This document shows positions 25,768 to 36,462 of a DNA stretch of 64,000 bases, piece after piece (within the stretch, counting starts at the first letter, position 1; each line of letters opens with the position of its first letter). The position numbers were made by a program, and so were the translations under genes. Below the pieces are notes generated by a model. The model made no database searches and was not told the DNA's origin. It saw only the letters and a program-made list of their open reading frames with translations. The DNA is from Pedosphaera sp. (lineage in GTDB: Bacteria; Verrucomicrobiota; Verrucomicrobiia; Limisphaerales; SIBH01): positions 19,917 to 83,916 of the forward strand of contig JANOQV010000146.1 of the NCBI GenBank assembly GCA_031414955.1, written 5' to 3'.

Positions 25768-25783
25768 TGCAAATTTCAAGCCA
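25768..25783 (-). promoter_or_regulatory. Putative sigma54 (-24/-12) promoter of the giant repeat gene
   Basis: Minus strand TGGCTTGAAATTTGCA, i.e. GG-N10-GC with TTGCA, about 215 nt upstream of the ATG in an AT-rich intergenic region. Confidence 0.6.
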
Positions 25784-25826
25784 AGAGTTTTTTAATTTTG
25801 GCCGGCCCGCAGTTTTCACGAGTAAT

Positions 25827-28800
25827 TCACTTCCAGGCGCACAATGCCTCCACGCGCGCGGCCGAGCCATCGCGCAGCCATCCGTCCAGTTGAGCCTGAT
25901 CCTTGAGTTGTTGCCCGCGCCCGCGCGGCACCACGAAGTAGCGGCTTTCGATTTCGGGCAGACGCGTCATATCGCTCCAGAGCTTTTCCCACTGCGCCAC
26001 CGGGAAAACATCTTCCTGCCCGTGGCCCCAGCGTTTCTTCACTTCCTTGAGGGTAATGTAGGTGGGCATCTTCGCGGCGAATTCGCGGATGGCGGCGGCG
26101 ACTTTTTCCGTGTCACGCAAGTTCTCGCGGGCGAGACCGAACGCGGTGAGCAGCTTGTCGATGTGAATCCACGTCGTCATCGAATTGTAATAGGAGAGCG
26201 CAAATTCATCCTGCTCGCGCGGCATGGCGAGACCTTCGAGGATGCGCGGGCGGCCGTTCACCCGCGCCAGGCCGCCGCCGCGGTCGTCGATGCGGCGCGT
26301 GATCATCTCAAAACTGAGACAAGCCCCTTCTTGAATGTGCAAACCGAGCAGACCGGGATCGGCGTCGGTGCCCACGGTGTCGATGTTGTGCAGAAGCAGG
26401 TACTGCAATTGCGGTCGTTCCTCGAGCAGTCGGAGGAGCGTGCCGTTGCGGAAAAGGTTCGGCACCTCGTACCAATGGCCGACGGGGTGGAGGCATTGCA
26501 GCGGGACGTTGTCCGTGTAGTCGCCGGCTTCGCCAGTGGAGTGCGCCCAACCGAGGAGCGCGGTGCGCAAACTCTCGCGCACCTTCTGCTGCTGCTCATC
26601 GAGCCGCTGCTGCGGCATTTCCTCCCAGGCGAAGCGCAGGTCGCGCACCATGGGGACGAGTCGCAGGCCGATGGATTTGCCGGGCGAGAGCAGCAGTGGT
26701 CCTTCGTAGCTGTAGTTGTTCTCCCGTTGCAGAAAATCCAGGGTCGGTTGATGCGTGAGGTAACTCGTGGTGAAAACGTGCGGCAGTGGCGTGCCACATT
26801 CGCGGCCCACGCGGCGGCTTTTCGCGAGGTGGGTTTCGATGAAAGTGCGATGCCGTCCGCCGAGTTTGGAAAACGGATGCAGCGCCTTGACCACACCCGC
26901 GCCCTGCGTCCAGCGCGAGCCGGCGCCGGCGGCGAGAGTGACGACGGCCAGTTCGCCCGCAGCCAGCGCCTTGCGACCCAGTTCGCGAAGCTGTTTCACT
27001 CTTCCTTGATGCGATGAATCCGTGGTGTCGATCACGTCCTCGGCTTGCACGTCTTCGATGACGGCGCTGGGATGGAGCCGGTTTTGCGCCAGTCCGATGC
27101 GGGCCTCGCGCAGGTCGGTCCGAGTTTGATCGTGCTGGGTGCGATCAAATCCGAACTCATCGAGCAGGGTGCCGAGGCTCTGGCCGCTTTGCGATTCGGT
27201 TTTGCCGCGAGGCAGCATCTGATCGAAGAGCGTCTGCACCATGCCGCGCAGTTCGGGTCGGCAACGGCAGGCGGCGCCGAATTTGTCCAGTTCGGAGTGC
27301 CGCAGTGGAGAGAGCGAGCGCAGGTCGGCACGCAACAATCGCGGCACGGTGAGGGCGTAGTAGCTCGCGGGCATCAGAGCGTCATCGCCTGCGAGTTGAT
27401 CCGCGAACGTCCCGTTACCGTTGATCGCGAAATCGTACACCACCGGCTCCATGGCGAAGGGCAGGGCGGAGGAAAGCTCGCGCTTGGTCGCGGACATGAT
27501 CTCCTGCAGGCGCTGCTGCGCGTGTGCCTTCTTCTCCGGATTAAAAATGAATCCCATGCCGCCACCGGACATGCCGCCGAGCATCCAGAAACCCTGGAAG
27601 TCATGACCGAATTCCCGCGCCACCCGTTCGATGAGCAGTTCCGTGTAATAAGTGCTGGCCCAGGGAATAATCGTCTGGATGGGTTGGGTGAAATTGCGCG
27701 TGGTCGCCGCGCCGACGGCGGGAATGTCACCGCGTTTGAGCGCGCCGAGGATTTCGTCGAGGATGCCGAGCGCCTGCTGCCGCGCCTTCCATTCCGCCTC
27801 GGAGCGCAGCAGATATTTCTCGGTGACCATTTCGAGAATGGGTCCGACGTTCTGCGCCATGCCGCCGTGAACGAGCACCAGGCTGTCCTGCAACTTCTGT
27901 CGCGCCGCGTCTGAAATTTCTTCGCTGGCGAACACTTTGTGCTGTGGCATCAAGCGTCCGCGGCTGATGCCGGACTCGGGATCGCCTTCGCCGGCCAGCA
28001 CGCCTTCGATCAATTTGATCCCCGGCCACACGCCGCCGCTGTCCTGCCAGCCACCGCCCGAGCCGCCGATCCATTCACCGAGGATGGCCCGCGCGAGGAC
28101 GAGGCGGCGTTCGCTTTCCGCCAGCGGCCCGGAGAGCGCCGCCGCCTGCCCGGTGGCGCGCATGCAAATGGAGATCAGGCACGCGAGCAGATTGGTCGAG
28201 ACGGCGAGACGTGAACCTTTGGGGATGCTGTTGACGTTGCTGACGATTTCCAACCCGCGCCCCGGGCCGAGAATTCTTTCGAGCAACGCTTCCAAACTTT
28301 GCCCCGAACCTTCAATGCCCGGCGGCACGAGACCCGACGCGATGACGGCGGCCTTGAGCAGGCCGAGGTAATCCTTCGCGAAGTCGAAGACCTCCGAGAG
28401 ATTCGAGATGTCTGCGGTCGCGCCAAGGTCCACGCTGGTCAGTCTCAGGACTGGTTCCTCGATCACGCGCAGGTAAGCCTCGACCGGCGGGCGCGGCGCG
28501 GCGTCGCGGCCATGCACGCCTAGATCGATGGACACATTCAAGACCCGCGCGCCTTCCGGGAAATCCATGCCCAGAAAAAAGATGTCGCTCCAACCGCTGT
28601 GCGTCAGATCCATGCGCACCGGAGTTCGTTCGCGCAATATCGGATACGTGCCGTCTGGTGCTCGTTCCAAAAGCTCCCCTCGGAGGCGCAACGGTTGGTC
28701 GGCCGGATGCCCCATGCGGAACATCCATTGGTTGCCCCGGACCGAGCGCACGCTACGCCGGACCTGATCGGCCAGCGTTTGGAAGGCAAGCCGGTGATAG

Positions 28801-29159
28801 GCCTGCGCCAGAGCACTGGAGATGGCGTCGCTGGGGCCTTCGCGCTGCTGGATGGAGAGGAATTCATCGATGGCCTCCTCGAAGCGGCGTTGCAGCAAGT
28901 GCTCGTAACCGTGAAATGGAATCAGCCCGCGCTGGTTCAAGCCCGCGATACGCGGAATGTGGAAGCGATGAATGGCGTAGAGAAAGAACAGCGCCCGCAC
29001 TCGTTCGTAAAGATTCTCCGAACGGCGGCGGAACTCATCCAGCGCCGTTCCTTCGGCCAGCAGTTGTACGAGCGAAACACCTTGGCAGATCGCGTCCAGC
29101 GATTGATTGCGCACCGCCGGATCGCTCGCGGTAATGATCTCCGTCAGCCGGCTGCTCAT
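25827..29159 (-). CDS. Fused GHMP-family sugar kinase (fucokinase-like) + UDPGP-family UTP-sugar-1-phosphate uridylyltransferase, 1110 aa
   Basis: Kinase half: '[13 protein letters not shown]', '[10 protein letters not shown]', 'GGGWQD', 'GGMSGGG'. C-terminal half: '[17 protein letters not shown]', 'HPVGHW', 'HNIDT', 'GGGLARVNG'. Confidence 0.8.
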   Translation of the reverse strand: MSSRLTEIITASDPAVRNQSLDAICQGVSLVQLLAEGTALDEFRRRSENLYERVRALFFLYAIHRFHIPRIAGLNQRGLIPFHGYEHLLQRRFEEAIDEFLSIQQREGPSDAISSALAQAYHRLAFQTLADQVRRSVRSVRGNQWMFRMGHPADQPLRLRGELLERAPDGTYPILRERTPVRMDLTHSGWSDIFFLGMDFPEGARVLNVSIDLGVHGRDAAPRPPVEAYLRVIEEPVLRLTSVDLGATADISNLSEVFDFAKDYLGLLKAAVIASGLVPPGIEGSGQSLEALLERILGPGRGLEIVSNVNSIPKGSRLAVSTNLLACLISICMRATGQAAALSGPLAESERRLVLARAILGEWIGGSGGGWQDSGGVWPGIKLIEGVLAGEGDPESGISRGRLMPQHKVFASEEISDAARQKLQDSLVLVHGGMAQNVGPILEMVTEKYLLRSEAEWKARQQALGILDEILGALKRGDIPAVGAATTRNFTQPIQTIIPWASTYYTELLIERVAREFGHDFQGFWMLGGMSGGGMGFIFNPEKKAHAQQRLQEIMSATKRELSSALPFAMEPVVYDFAINGNGTFADQLAGDDALMPASYYALTVPRLLRADLRSLSPLRHSELDKFGAACRCRPELRGMVQTLFDQMLPRGKTESQSGQSLGTLLDEFGFDRTQHDQTRTDLREARIGLAQNRLHPSAVIEDVQAEDVIDTTDSSHQGRVKQLRELGRKALAAGELAVVTLAAGAGSRWTQGAGVVKALHPFSKLGGRHRTFIETHLAKSRRVGRECGTPLPHVFTTSYLTHQPTLDFLQRENNYSYEGPLLLSPGKSIGLRLVPMVRDLRFAWEEMPQQRLDEQQQKVRESLRTALLGWAHSTGEAGDYTDNVPLQCLHPVGHWYEVPNLFRNGTLLRLLEERPQLQYLLLHNIDTVGTDADPGLLGLHIQEGACLSFEMITRRIDDRGGGLARVNGRPRILEGLAMPREQDEFALSYYNSMTTWIHIDKLLTAFGLARENLRDTEKVAAAIREFAAKMPTYITLKEVKKRWGHGQEDVFPVAQWEKLWSDMTRLPEIESRYFVVPRGRGQQLKDQAQLDGWLRDGSAARVEALCAWK

Positions 29160-30001
29160 TTCGTCCCTTTTAAGGCGAGCAACTCCACGATGCCGCTGAG
29201 CACCTCGTCCCGACCAGGCCCGTCGAGCGCGAGAGCGAGTTGGGCGGTGAGCAGTCCGTACTTCAAGCCCACGTCGTAACGATGCCCGGCCACTTCATAG
29301 GCCAGATACCGTTCGTGCGCGGCGAGGCGGGACAGGGCGGTGGTCAGGTGAGCGCCCGTGGCCAGGCCTTCGCCCACCAAATCACCCAACGACTCCATGA
29401 CGGCCGGGGTGAGAACGTGCATTCCAAAAAAGCAGAGGTAATGACCCGCCCGCAAACCTGGCACGATAATCTGCTGTTCCGCCTGGGTTGGGGTCGGTTT
29501 CTCCAGCACTTCGTCAACCTCGTACAGCGCGTGGGCGCCGGTCACGAGTTTGCCGCCCACGGCACCGTAAAACGGCAGCTTGCTCTCGTGGGTGGCTTGC
29601 ACGGCGGAGACGGCGCACTTCTGTTCGCGCGCCGTTTCCACCAACTGCTGCGCGCAGCCTTGGGCGTTCCGGCTGACGTAAAGATGATCGCCGACCAGCA
29701 GCAGAAACGGACTGCCGACCGTGAAAGCCTTGGCGCAATGCACCGCGTGGCCATAGCCGAGCGGTTGCGTCTGCTCCACGAACGTCAGCCGCGCCGCATG
29801 GGCGCCGGCGGCGGACTCGTAAGCCTGCTGGTCGCCCGGCGAAATAACCACGGCGATCTCGTCGATGCCGGCGCGCACTACTTCGTCGATGATGATTTGC
29901 AACGCGGTCCGAGTTGTGCCGTCACGATCCACGAGTGATTGCAGCGGCAGGGTGCGCTGGTTCTTGCCTGCGGCGGTGATGATCGCCTTTTTGATTTCCA
30001 T
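29156..30001 (-). CDS. GalU/GalF-like sugar-phosphate nucleotidyltransferase family protein
   Basis: 'KKAIITAAG', '[11 protein letters not shown]', 'PFLLLVGD', 'VLEKP', 'RYDVG..YG'. ATGA-coupled to the fusion gene. Confidence 0.8.
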   Translation of the reverse strand: MEIKKAIITAAGKNQRTLPLQSLVDRDGTTRTALQIIIDEVVRAGIDEIAVVISPGDQQAYESAAGAHAARLTFVEQTQPLGYGHAVHCAKAFTVGSPFLLLVGDHLYVSRNAQGCAQQLVETAREQKCAVSAVQATHESKLPFYGAVGGKLVTGAHALYEVDEVLEKPTPTQAEQQIIVPGLRAGHYLCFFGMHVLTPAVMESLGDLVGEGLATGAHLTTALSRLAAHERYLAYEVAGHRYDVGLKYGLLTAQLALALDGPGRDEVLSGIVELLALKGTK

Positions 30002-30215
30002 AAACCGGGGCGAGCCTCACAAAACCTCACCGCCTCGTCAAACCAACCATTCGGCGGCTGCTTGCTTTGACCGACATACGTCCGGCGAACCATGTCGGTC
30101 ACTCTCTTGGTTGAACCTCGGTCAGTGCCCCCACCCGAGGCTGCTTCCCGGTCCGGTCGCCTCATCCCGCGTCGCCCTCTTGACCGCGCCGGGCCACATG
30201 GCGAAGGTTCGCCGA

Positions 30216-31088
30216 ATGGAACCGCAAACTCCGCCGCCGCTGCCGCCGTCCCCAGCCTTGCCCCCGATGCGCTACGGGCCAGCGCCCACCAGCGCCTGGA
30301 AGTCGTTCAAGAAATTCGTCGGCCCGGTTGGCTTGGGATTGTTTTTGTTGGTGAAGTGGTTCGGCAAGCTCAAGCTGCTGATTCCGGCCCTGAAGTTCCT
30401 GCCGGCGGTGCTCAAGACCGGCGGCTCCATGATTCTGACCATCGGAGTTTACACGATGGTTTACGGAGCGTGGTTTGCCGTCGGCTTCGTGCTCCTGATT
30501 TTCATCCACGAGTGCGGACATCTGGTCGCGGCGAGGAGGCTGGGACTGAAAGTGGGCGCGCCGGTCTTCATCCCGTTCATGGGTGCCTTCATCGCGTTAA
30601 AGGATGCGCCCAAGAATGCGTGGATCGAGGCCCAGGTCGGCATCGGCGGACCGCTCTTTGGCGCGGCCGGAGCGGTGGTCTGCCACGGACTCTATCTTGC
30701 CACCGGCACTCCGATGTTCCTGGCCCTGGCCTATTCGGGCTACTTGTTGAACCTTTTTAATCTGGCCCCGGTGGGTTTCCTCGACGGGGGTCGCATCGCC
30801 ACCGCGCTTTCACCGTGGCTCTGGATCGTGGGCACGGCCTTGATGGTTGTGCTGCTGGTCAAGCACTTCAATCCGATCCTGCTGCTGGTGCTGATCATGT
30901 CCGTGCCGCGCCTGATCTCGCTCTTTCGCAAACGGACTGAGGAGGAAAAACGCTTCTACGAGGTCACGCCCGGCCAGCGCGGTTTCATGGCTGCACTCTA
31001 CTTTGGCCTGGCCGGCGCGCTCGCGCTGGGTATGAAGATGATCTATGACTCGGGCCTCACCTCGACCCACGCCCCTTCACAGCACTAG
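30216..31088 (+). CDS. Site-2 protease (peptidase M50 family)
   Basis: 'HECGH' zinc motif, 'NLAPVGFLDGG', multiple TMs. Start chosen at ATG 30216 (30198 also possible). Confidence 0.88.
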   Translation: MEPQTPPPLPPSPALPPMRYGPAPTSAWKSFKKFVGPVGLGLFLLVKWFGKLKLLIPALKFLPAVLKTGGSMILTIGVYTMVYGAWFAVGFVLLIFIHECGHLVAARRLGLKVGAPVFIPFMGAFIALKDAPKNAWIEAQVGIGGPLFGAAGAVVCHGLYLATGTPMFLALAYSGYLLNLFNLAPVGFLDGGRIATALSPWLWIVGTALMVVLLVKHFNPILLLVLIMSVPRLISLFRKRTEEEKRFYEVTPGQRGFMAALYFGLAGALALGMKMIYDSGLTSTHAPSQH

Positions 31089-31448
31089 CCGGTAGCCGTT
31101 CCGGTAAACCGTCTGGAGAAAGCGCGGCCGCTCCGGGTCCGGCTCAATCTTCTTGCGCAGCGTGGCCATGGTCTGGTCCACCGTGCGGGTGAACAGGTCG
31201 GCGTGATAATCCCAGACCCGCCGGAGCAACTCCTGCCGGGTAAACGTCACCCTGGCGTGCGCATAAAGGTGGAGCAACAGTTCCAATTCCTTGGGCCGCA
31301 ACTGAAACTCGCCCGCCGCACTGCGCACCCGCCCTGTGCGCGGATGCACTTCCACCGGCCCGACCCGGAAGGATTCGGGTGCCACTTTCGGCCCGGCCTG
31401 CTTCCTCAGTTTCGAACTCCATTCGATGCTTTCGTTAAACGCCACCAT
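31077..31448 (-). CDS. Stand-alone OmpR/PhoB-type winged-helix DNA-binding protein (start uncertain: 31448 or 31616)
   Basis: 'LRPKELELL', 'TRQELLRRVWDY', 'TRTVDQTMATLRKKIEPDPERPRFLQTVYRNGYRL'. No receiver domain visible. Confidence 0.75.
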   Translation of the reverse strand: MVAFNESIEWSSKLRKQAGPKVAPESFRVGPVEVHPRTGRVRSAAGEFQLRPKELELLLHLYAHARVTFTRQELLRRVWDYHADLFTRTVDQTMATLRKKIEPDPERPRFLQTVYRNGYRLVL

Positions 31449-31888
31449 ACGCTTTTCGCTGCCTCTCTTGTTGATTGTTACCCGGCCGTCCTGGCTGCGG
31501 GCGGCGGCCCCGCCTGCTTTTCCGCCTCCTGGCCGGTCATTGAACGCCAGCGCACCGCAGAAGTTGCTTCCGGCACTCCCCGGAAATTGCTGCGCGCCCG
31601 GCAAGTTCTGTTTCATGGACGGAGTATTTCGACCAATGCTCCCACTATGGGGCAGCGGTTTGTAAAATCTCCGTCTGGAATTTACCTGGAGTTGCAGATG
31701 ACCGGCCCCTTCTGAGTGGACTGCCCGCCATCTGCTCAAGAACTCGCGCGGGAAGGCCAAGACCGAACCACTCATGGGTTGAAAGTGGCGGTTGCGTTCC
31801 GCCCTCCGGCTCGCGTTGGGACTTCGACCGCAAGGATCAGATTGCGTTCAAACAATGTGGCGGAAGGCCCTTAACTGAGCGCCGTTCT

Positions 31889-31926
31889 TGACCTCTTTTT
31901 GACCCCTTTTCTTTCTGACCCCTTTC
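31889..31926. repeat. Three short direct repeats TGACC(C/T)CTTT
   Basis: tgacctcttt-t-tgacccctttt-ctttc-tgacccctttc in an intergenic region. Confidence 0.6.
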
Positions 31927-32074
31927 CGAACTGCGCGTAGAAAATCCGAGGACGTGGTGGAAGACGCCGAGCAAACCGCCGGGCTGGTGGTGGTGGTTGA
32001 TTGAGGTGGAGGTTGGATCGCGAACCAGCCCGGCGGCTTGCTGGCCTGGCCGCGGGTCGGCACACTCGCGACCA

Positions 32075-33169
32075 ATGACTGCTCCGCTGACCCGCGCCGC
32101 GATTGCCGAGGGCTTGCCGGCCGGCCTGCATCCGGGCGCCCAGCTCTACGCCTCACGTAACGGCCAAGTCGTGATTGACGAAGCCTTCGGTGCGGCGCGC
32201 GCAGGCGTGCCGATGGAGCGCGACTCGATCATGCTCTGGTTCTCGGCGGGCAAACCTCTCACGGCGGCGGCCATTGGGCAGTTGGTGGAGCGTGGCGCGT
32301 TGCAGTGGACGACGCACGTTACGGAGGTCATCCCGGAGTTCGCGCCGCAAGCCAAGGAAGCCATCACGCTCCGCCATCTGCTCACGCACACGGCGGGTTT
32401 GCGCCACGCCGACGACCTCGACAAGACGCTGACGTGGGACGAACGCACGGCGCGCATCTGCGAACTGGCGTTGGAGGATAATTGGATTCCCGGAAAGCGT
32501 GCTGGCTATCATGCCTCGGGCACCTGGCATCTGCTCGGCGAAATCGTCCGGCGGGTCGATGGCCGCGACCTCAATGCCTTTACCCGCGAAAGCATCCTCC
32601 GTCCTCTGGGTCTTCATTCGTCCGTGCTGGCCCGGACCCCGGCCGAAGTGGCGTCGCTTGGAAATCGTGTCGCGCACATTTACGACACGAGCGATGGCGC
32701 GGCGCGGTCCAAGACCGGCTGGAACAGCGTGGAGGGAATGACCAGTTGCCGGCCCGGCGGCACGGCCCGCGGTCCAATCAGCGAACTGGGACGTTTCTAC
32801 GAAGCCCTGCTGCAGGGCGGCAAGAACATCCTGCGCCCCGAGACGGTTGCCACGATGACTTCGCGCCAGCGGGAGGGAATGTTCGACGAGACCTTCCAGT
32901 TCAAGACGGACTGCGGCTTTGGTTTCATCCTCAACTCGAACCACGACAGCTTCCAGATGCCTTACGGCTACGGACGCCACGCCTCGCGCGAAACCTTCGG
33001 CCACAGCGGCAATCAATGTTCCTGCGCCTTTGCCGATCCGAGGCACCAACTCGTGGTCGCCTGGGCCTGCAGCGGACTGCCTGGCGAACGGCATCACCAG
33101 CGCCGCCAGCGCGCCATCAACAACGCCATTTACGAAGACCTGGGGCTTGCGGGAAAGACCTGCCCATGA
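32075..33169 (+). CDS. Serine hydrolase, beta-lactamase/class C-like family
   Basis: SxxK 'FSAGKP', 'LLTHTAG', 'GYH', 'FGHSG'. ATG at 32075. Confidence 0.88.
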   Translation: MTAPLTRAAIAEGLPAGLHPGAQLYASRNGQVVIDEAFGAARAGVPMERDSIMLWFSAGKPLTAAAIGQLVERGALQWTTHVTEVIPEFAPQAKEAITLRHLLTHTAGLRHADDLDKTLTWDERTARICELALEDNWIPGKRAGYHASGTWHLLGEIVRRVDGRDLNAFTRESILRPLGLHSSVLARTPAEVASLGNRVAHIYDTSDGAARSKTGWNSVEGMTSCRPGGTARGPISELGRFYEALLQGGKNILRPETVATMTSRQREGMFDETFQFKTDCGFGFILNSNHDSFQMPYGYGRHASRETFGHSGNQCSCAFADPRHQLVVAWACSGLPGERHHQRRQRAINNAIYEDLGLAGKTCP

Positions 33170-33326
33170 AATCGAGTGCCACTGGTCCTGGCCTTGAAAG
33201 GCACGCGGTGCGCCGGGCAGGCGCGGGCCGGGCTTCAAGAGTGAGGTCCAACTGCCCTGGATGAAATCGACTCCTCAAAAACCGCCCCTTGAACATCCGA
33301 CGCCGAACGGGAAACATCGGTCCAGC

Positions 33327-34328
33327 ATGATTCGCTCGTTCGCTTTCACCACCCAGGGCAAGTTGCACAGCTCGGACCTGGAGCGATTCCTCATGCCCAC
33401 GCTGCTCAGTGACACCAATCTGTTTCTCTGGATCGATTTGGAAACTCCCACGCCCGAGGACACCAAGTTCTTTCTGGAAGGGTTGTTCCACTTCCATCCG
33501 CTCTCCATCGAAGATTGCGTCAAAGAGTGCCAGTCGCCCAAAGTCGAGGAGTACACGCCCAAGGAGGAGGACAAGTTCGCGCCCTATCTGTTCATGGTCA
33601 TTCACGCCGTGGATTACAGTCGCAAGGATTCCGTGTTCGGCACCCGGGAGCTGGATTTCTTCCTCGGGAAGAATTTCCTCGTGACCTATCACACCGGTCC
33701 ATTGAAGAGTGTTTCCCAGGTCGAGGAGATGTGCGTGAAAGGCTCGTTGGGCGTGGCCCGCGCGCCGGATCGCGTCGCGCAGAAGCTGCTCGACAACCTG
33801 GTGGAGAATTACAAGCCCGCGCTCGAGGAGCTTTCCCTCGAAATCGCCGAGTTGGAGACCAACGCGCTGGAGCATCCGACCAAGGAAACTTTGAACCGCA
33901 TCCTCACGGTGAAGAAGGAGGTCTTCCATCTGCGCCGCATCATCGGACCGCAGAGCGAAGTGCTGGCCCGGTTCGCGCGCGGCGAGTTCAAGCTCATCCG
34001 TCCGCATCTCGTGCCGTACTACCGCAATGTCTATGATGCTCTCTTCCACATCTCCGAGATGGCGCAGAACTACGCCGACTCGCTGACCGGCATCCTCCAA
34101 GTCTATCTGAACATGTCCTCGAACAAGACGGGGCAAATCATGAAGACCCTGACGCTGATCACCATCTTGTCCACGCCCGCCACCATCATCGCCAGTTGGT
34201 ATGGCATGAACTTCAAGCACGACATGGTCGAACTGGACTGGATGCACGGCTACGCCTTCGCCTTCGCCGTCACGGCCCTCAGCACCCTGGCCACTTGGTG
34301 GTTTGTGAAGAAGCGGAACTGGTTCTGA
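33327..34328 (+). CDS. corA: Magnesium/cobalt transporter CorA
   Basis: 'WIDL', 'FHPLSIED', 'PKVEEY', and the signature 'YGMNF' before the C-terminal TM. Confidence 0.92.
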   Translation: MIRSFAFTTQGKLHSSDLERFLMPTLLSDTNLFLWIDLETPTPEDTKFFLEGLFHFHPLSIEDCVKECQSPKVEEYTPKEEDKFAPYLFMVIHAVDYSRKDSVFGTRELDFFLGKNFLVTYHTGPLKSVSQVEEMCVKGSLGVARAPDRVAQKLLDNLVENYKPALEELSLEIAELETNALEHPTKETLNRILTVKKEVFHLRRIIGPQSEVLARFARGEFKLIRPHLVPYYRNVYDALFHISEMAQNYADSLTGILQVYLNMSSNKTGQIMKTLTLITILSTPATIIASWYGMNFKHDMVELDWMHGYAFAFAVTALSTLATWWFVKKRNWF

Positions 34329-34329
34329 A

Positions 34330-34364
34330 AATGCCGAACGCACAATGCCGAATGTCGAATGAGG
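34330..34364. repeat. Heptamer tandem repeat after corA
   Basis: aatgccg aacgcac aatgccg aatgtcg aatgagg. Confidence 0.65.
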
Positions 34365-34430
34365 CCCGCGCTCGAACCCGTTCCGCGCGCGGCGGCGGCC
34401 GCCAGTCCTTCGTCATTTCCCCCCTGACGC

Positions 34431-35672
34431 GTGGCCAGTAAAAGCAACTTCCTCGACAAGGTTCTCGGTCGCCTGCCGCGGCTCGACAAGGAGGGGCTGC
34501 AAACGGTCGTCGAGCGTCTGGCCCACGAGCGCGCTTTTCTGGAGACGCTCTTCAACACCATCGAGGACGGGGTGCTGGTGGTGGATGAGGACGGTCGCGT
34601 GGCCTACTTCAATGACGCGGCCACCCGCTTGCTTGGATTGCCCGAAGCGGCGGAGGGGCAGCTCATTTCCCGCTTCCTGCCCGAACTGGATTGGGAGCGG
34701 GTCGCGGCCATGGATCGCGCCGGCGGCCAGCGCGTGGCGCGGCACGAATTCGAGATTCATTACCCGCGCCCGCGTTTTCTCAATGTCTATGCCGCGCCGC
34801 TCGACTCGGAGCACCGTGGCGGCAGCGGCGTGGCGCTCATCCTGCACGACGCCACCGAAGCGCGCGAAAAAACCTTCGCCGCCATCGAGAGTGAACGCAG
34901 CCAGGCTTTGACCCTGCTCGCCGCGAGCGTGGCGCACGAGATTGGCAATCCGCTCAACGCGCTGAGCATTCACCTGCAACTCCTCGAGCGCGAAGCGAAG
35001 AAGCTCAAACAGCTCGTGCCCGAGATTCGTGGCGGTGCCCGTGGAGCCAAGGCCGCAGCCCAGACCGGGGCCGACGCCATGGAGATCGCCCTCAAGGCCG
35101 AGCGCTACCTCGGCGTGGCCAAGGGCGAGATCAACCGCCTCGATTACATCGTGACCCAGTTTCTCCAGGCCATTCGCCCCGCGCCGCTCCAGGTAAAACC
35201 CGCTTCGCTGAACGACGTGGTGCGCGAGACGCTGGAACTGCTCCGTCCCGAGATCGAAAATCGCGGCGTGCGCGTGGAGGAAAAACTCTTCAAGAAGTTG
35301 CCCCTCGCGCCCATCGACGCCGCGCAGATCAAGCAAGTGCTGGTCAATCTTTGCAAAAACGCGCTGCAAGCCATGACCCGTGACGGCGTGCTCACGCTTG
35401 GCACCGAGAGCCGCGACGGCGGCGTGGGCCTGCTGGTCAGCGACACCGGCGGCGGCATTCCGCAAGACATGCTCAACCGGATCTTCGAGCCTTTCTACAC
35501 CACCAAGAAGAAGGGCAGCGGGCTGGGCTTGATGATCGTACAGCGCATCGTGCGCGACCACGGCGGGCGCATCCAATTGGAAAGCAACGTGGGGCAGGGA
35601 ACCACCTTCCGCATCTGGTTTCCCACCGGCCCGCGCCACCTGCCCTTGCTCGGCGAACCGGCCGCAGCTTGA
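34431..35672 (+). CDS. Cytoplasmic PAS-domain sensor histidine kinase (NtrB-like)
   Basis: PAS region, H-box 'VAHEIGNPL', N-box 'NLCKNALQA', G-boxes 'DTGGGI' and 'GSGLGL'. GTG start. Confidence 0.92.
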   Translation: MASKSNFLDKVLGRLPRLDKEGLQTVVERLAHERAFLETLFNTIEDGVLVVDEDGRVAYFNDAATRLLGLPEAAEGQLISRFLPELDWERVAAMDRAGGQRVARHEFEIHYPRPRFLNVYAAPLDSEHRGGSGVALILHDATEAREKTFAAIESERSQALTLLAASVAHEIGNPLNALSIHLQLLEREAKKLKQLVPEIRGGARGAKAAAQTGADAMEIALKAERYLGVAKGEINRLDYIVTQFLQAIRPAPLQVKPASLNDVVRETLELLRPEIENRGVRVEEKLFKKLPLAPIDAAQIKQVLVNLCKNALQAMTRDGVLTLGTESRDGGVGLLVSDTGGGIPQDMLNRIFEPFYTTKKKGSGLGLMIVQRIVRDHGGRIQLESNVGQGTTFRIWFPTGPRHLPLLGEPAAA

Positions 35673-35967
35673 GGGTGTGATTCAGGATCAGCCGTCGTTG
35701 GAATCAATCCGTCCCCGCCGGTAAAACTGCGGGCCGGTTTCCTCGGGATTCTGCATTTCGTGGGCGTGGTGGTTGGTCTCAGTCGGCTCGAAGGTTCCCA
35801 CGCCAAAACCTGCCGTCAGATCTATCGAGTCGTCGAGCCGGGGCTTGCGCTAGGAATCCGGCCAGGAGAAAGCCAACCCCTCGGTTGTGCGCGCGAGGCT
35901 TGCCCTGCCAGGTGCCGGAATCGGGATCGCCTCTACTGACGGAAGAGGTAGTGCGAGCCGGGCACGT

Positions 35968-36348
35968 TCACCGGGTCACTCGATTGGTCATGGGGCTGCG
36001 CTGGGGTTGAGCTGCGGCCAGGGCCCGGGCCACGGCATCAAGAGAAGTTCGGACTCCAGGCCGGGCCAGCATTTTAGTCTTTTGTTCCAGGGCCAGGATT
36101 TCTCCGAGTACGGTCTGGCGCAATTTTCGGTCGCTCAGGCCTTTGGCTGACTTTTTCCAGTCCTGCAATCGCGCCCAGAGTTGATCCGGCCAGTCAGCCA
36201 TTTCCAGGGCCTGTTCAGCGTGTTGCCGATGGGTTTCCATTTCGATGAGCAACTGTCGCTGTTGCTGTCGCGTTCGGACGAACGCCGCCGCTCCGAGCGC
36301 GAGCAGCAGCGCAGCGGCCAGGATCCAGAGACGGCGCGGCAAAGGCAT
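35968..36348 (-). CDS. Hypothetical membrane-anchored helical protein downstream of the ECF sigma factor
   Basis: N-terminal TM 'LWILAAALLLALGAAAFV' followed by Q/E/L-rich helices. Same strand as the sigma gene. Confidence 0.55.
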   Translation of the reverse strand: MPLPRRLWILAAALLLALGAAAFVRTRQQQRQLLIEMETHRQHAEQALEMADWPDQLWARLQDWKKSAKGLSDRKLRQTVLGEILALEQKTKMLARPGVRTSLDAVARALAAAQPQRSPMTNRVTR

Positions 36349-36462
36349 GGGTCTTGTTTATCGCGAACCAACTGGAGAGTCACTGGTGAAAAAACGCCAC
36401 TGACGGGTGGCGGCGGGGATTGGCCCCTGCTGCCCCGGAGCCTGTGCCCGGTGGCGCCCGAC

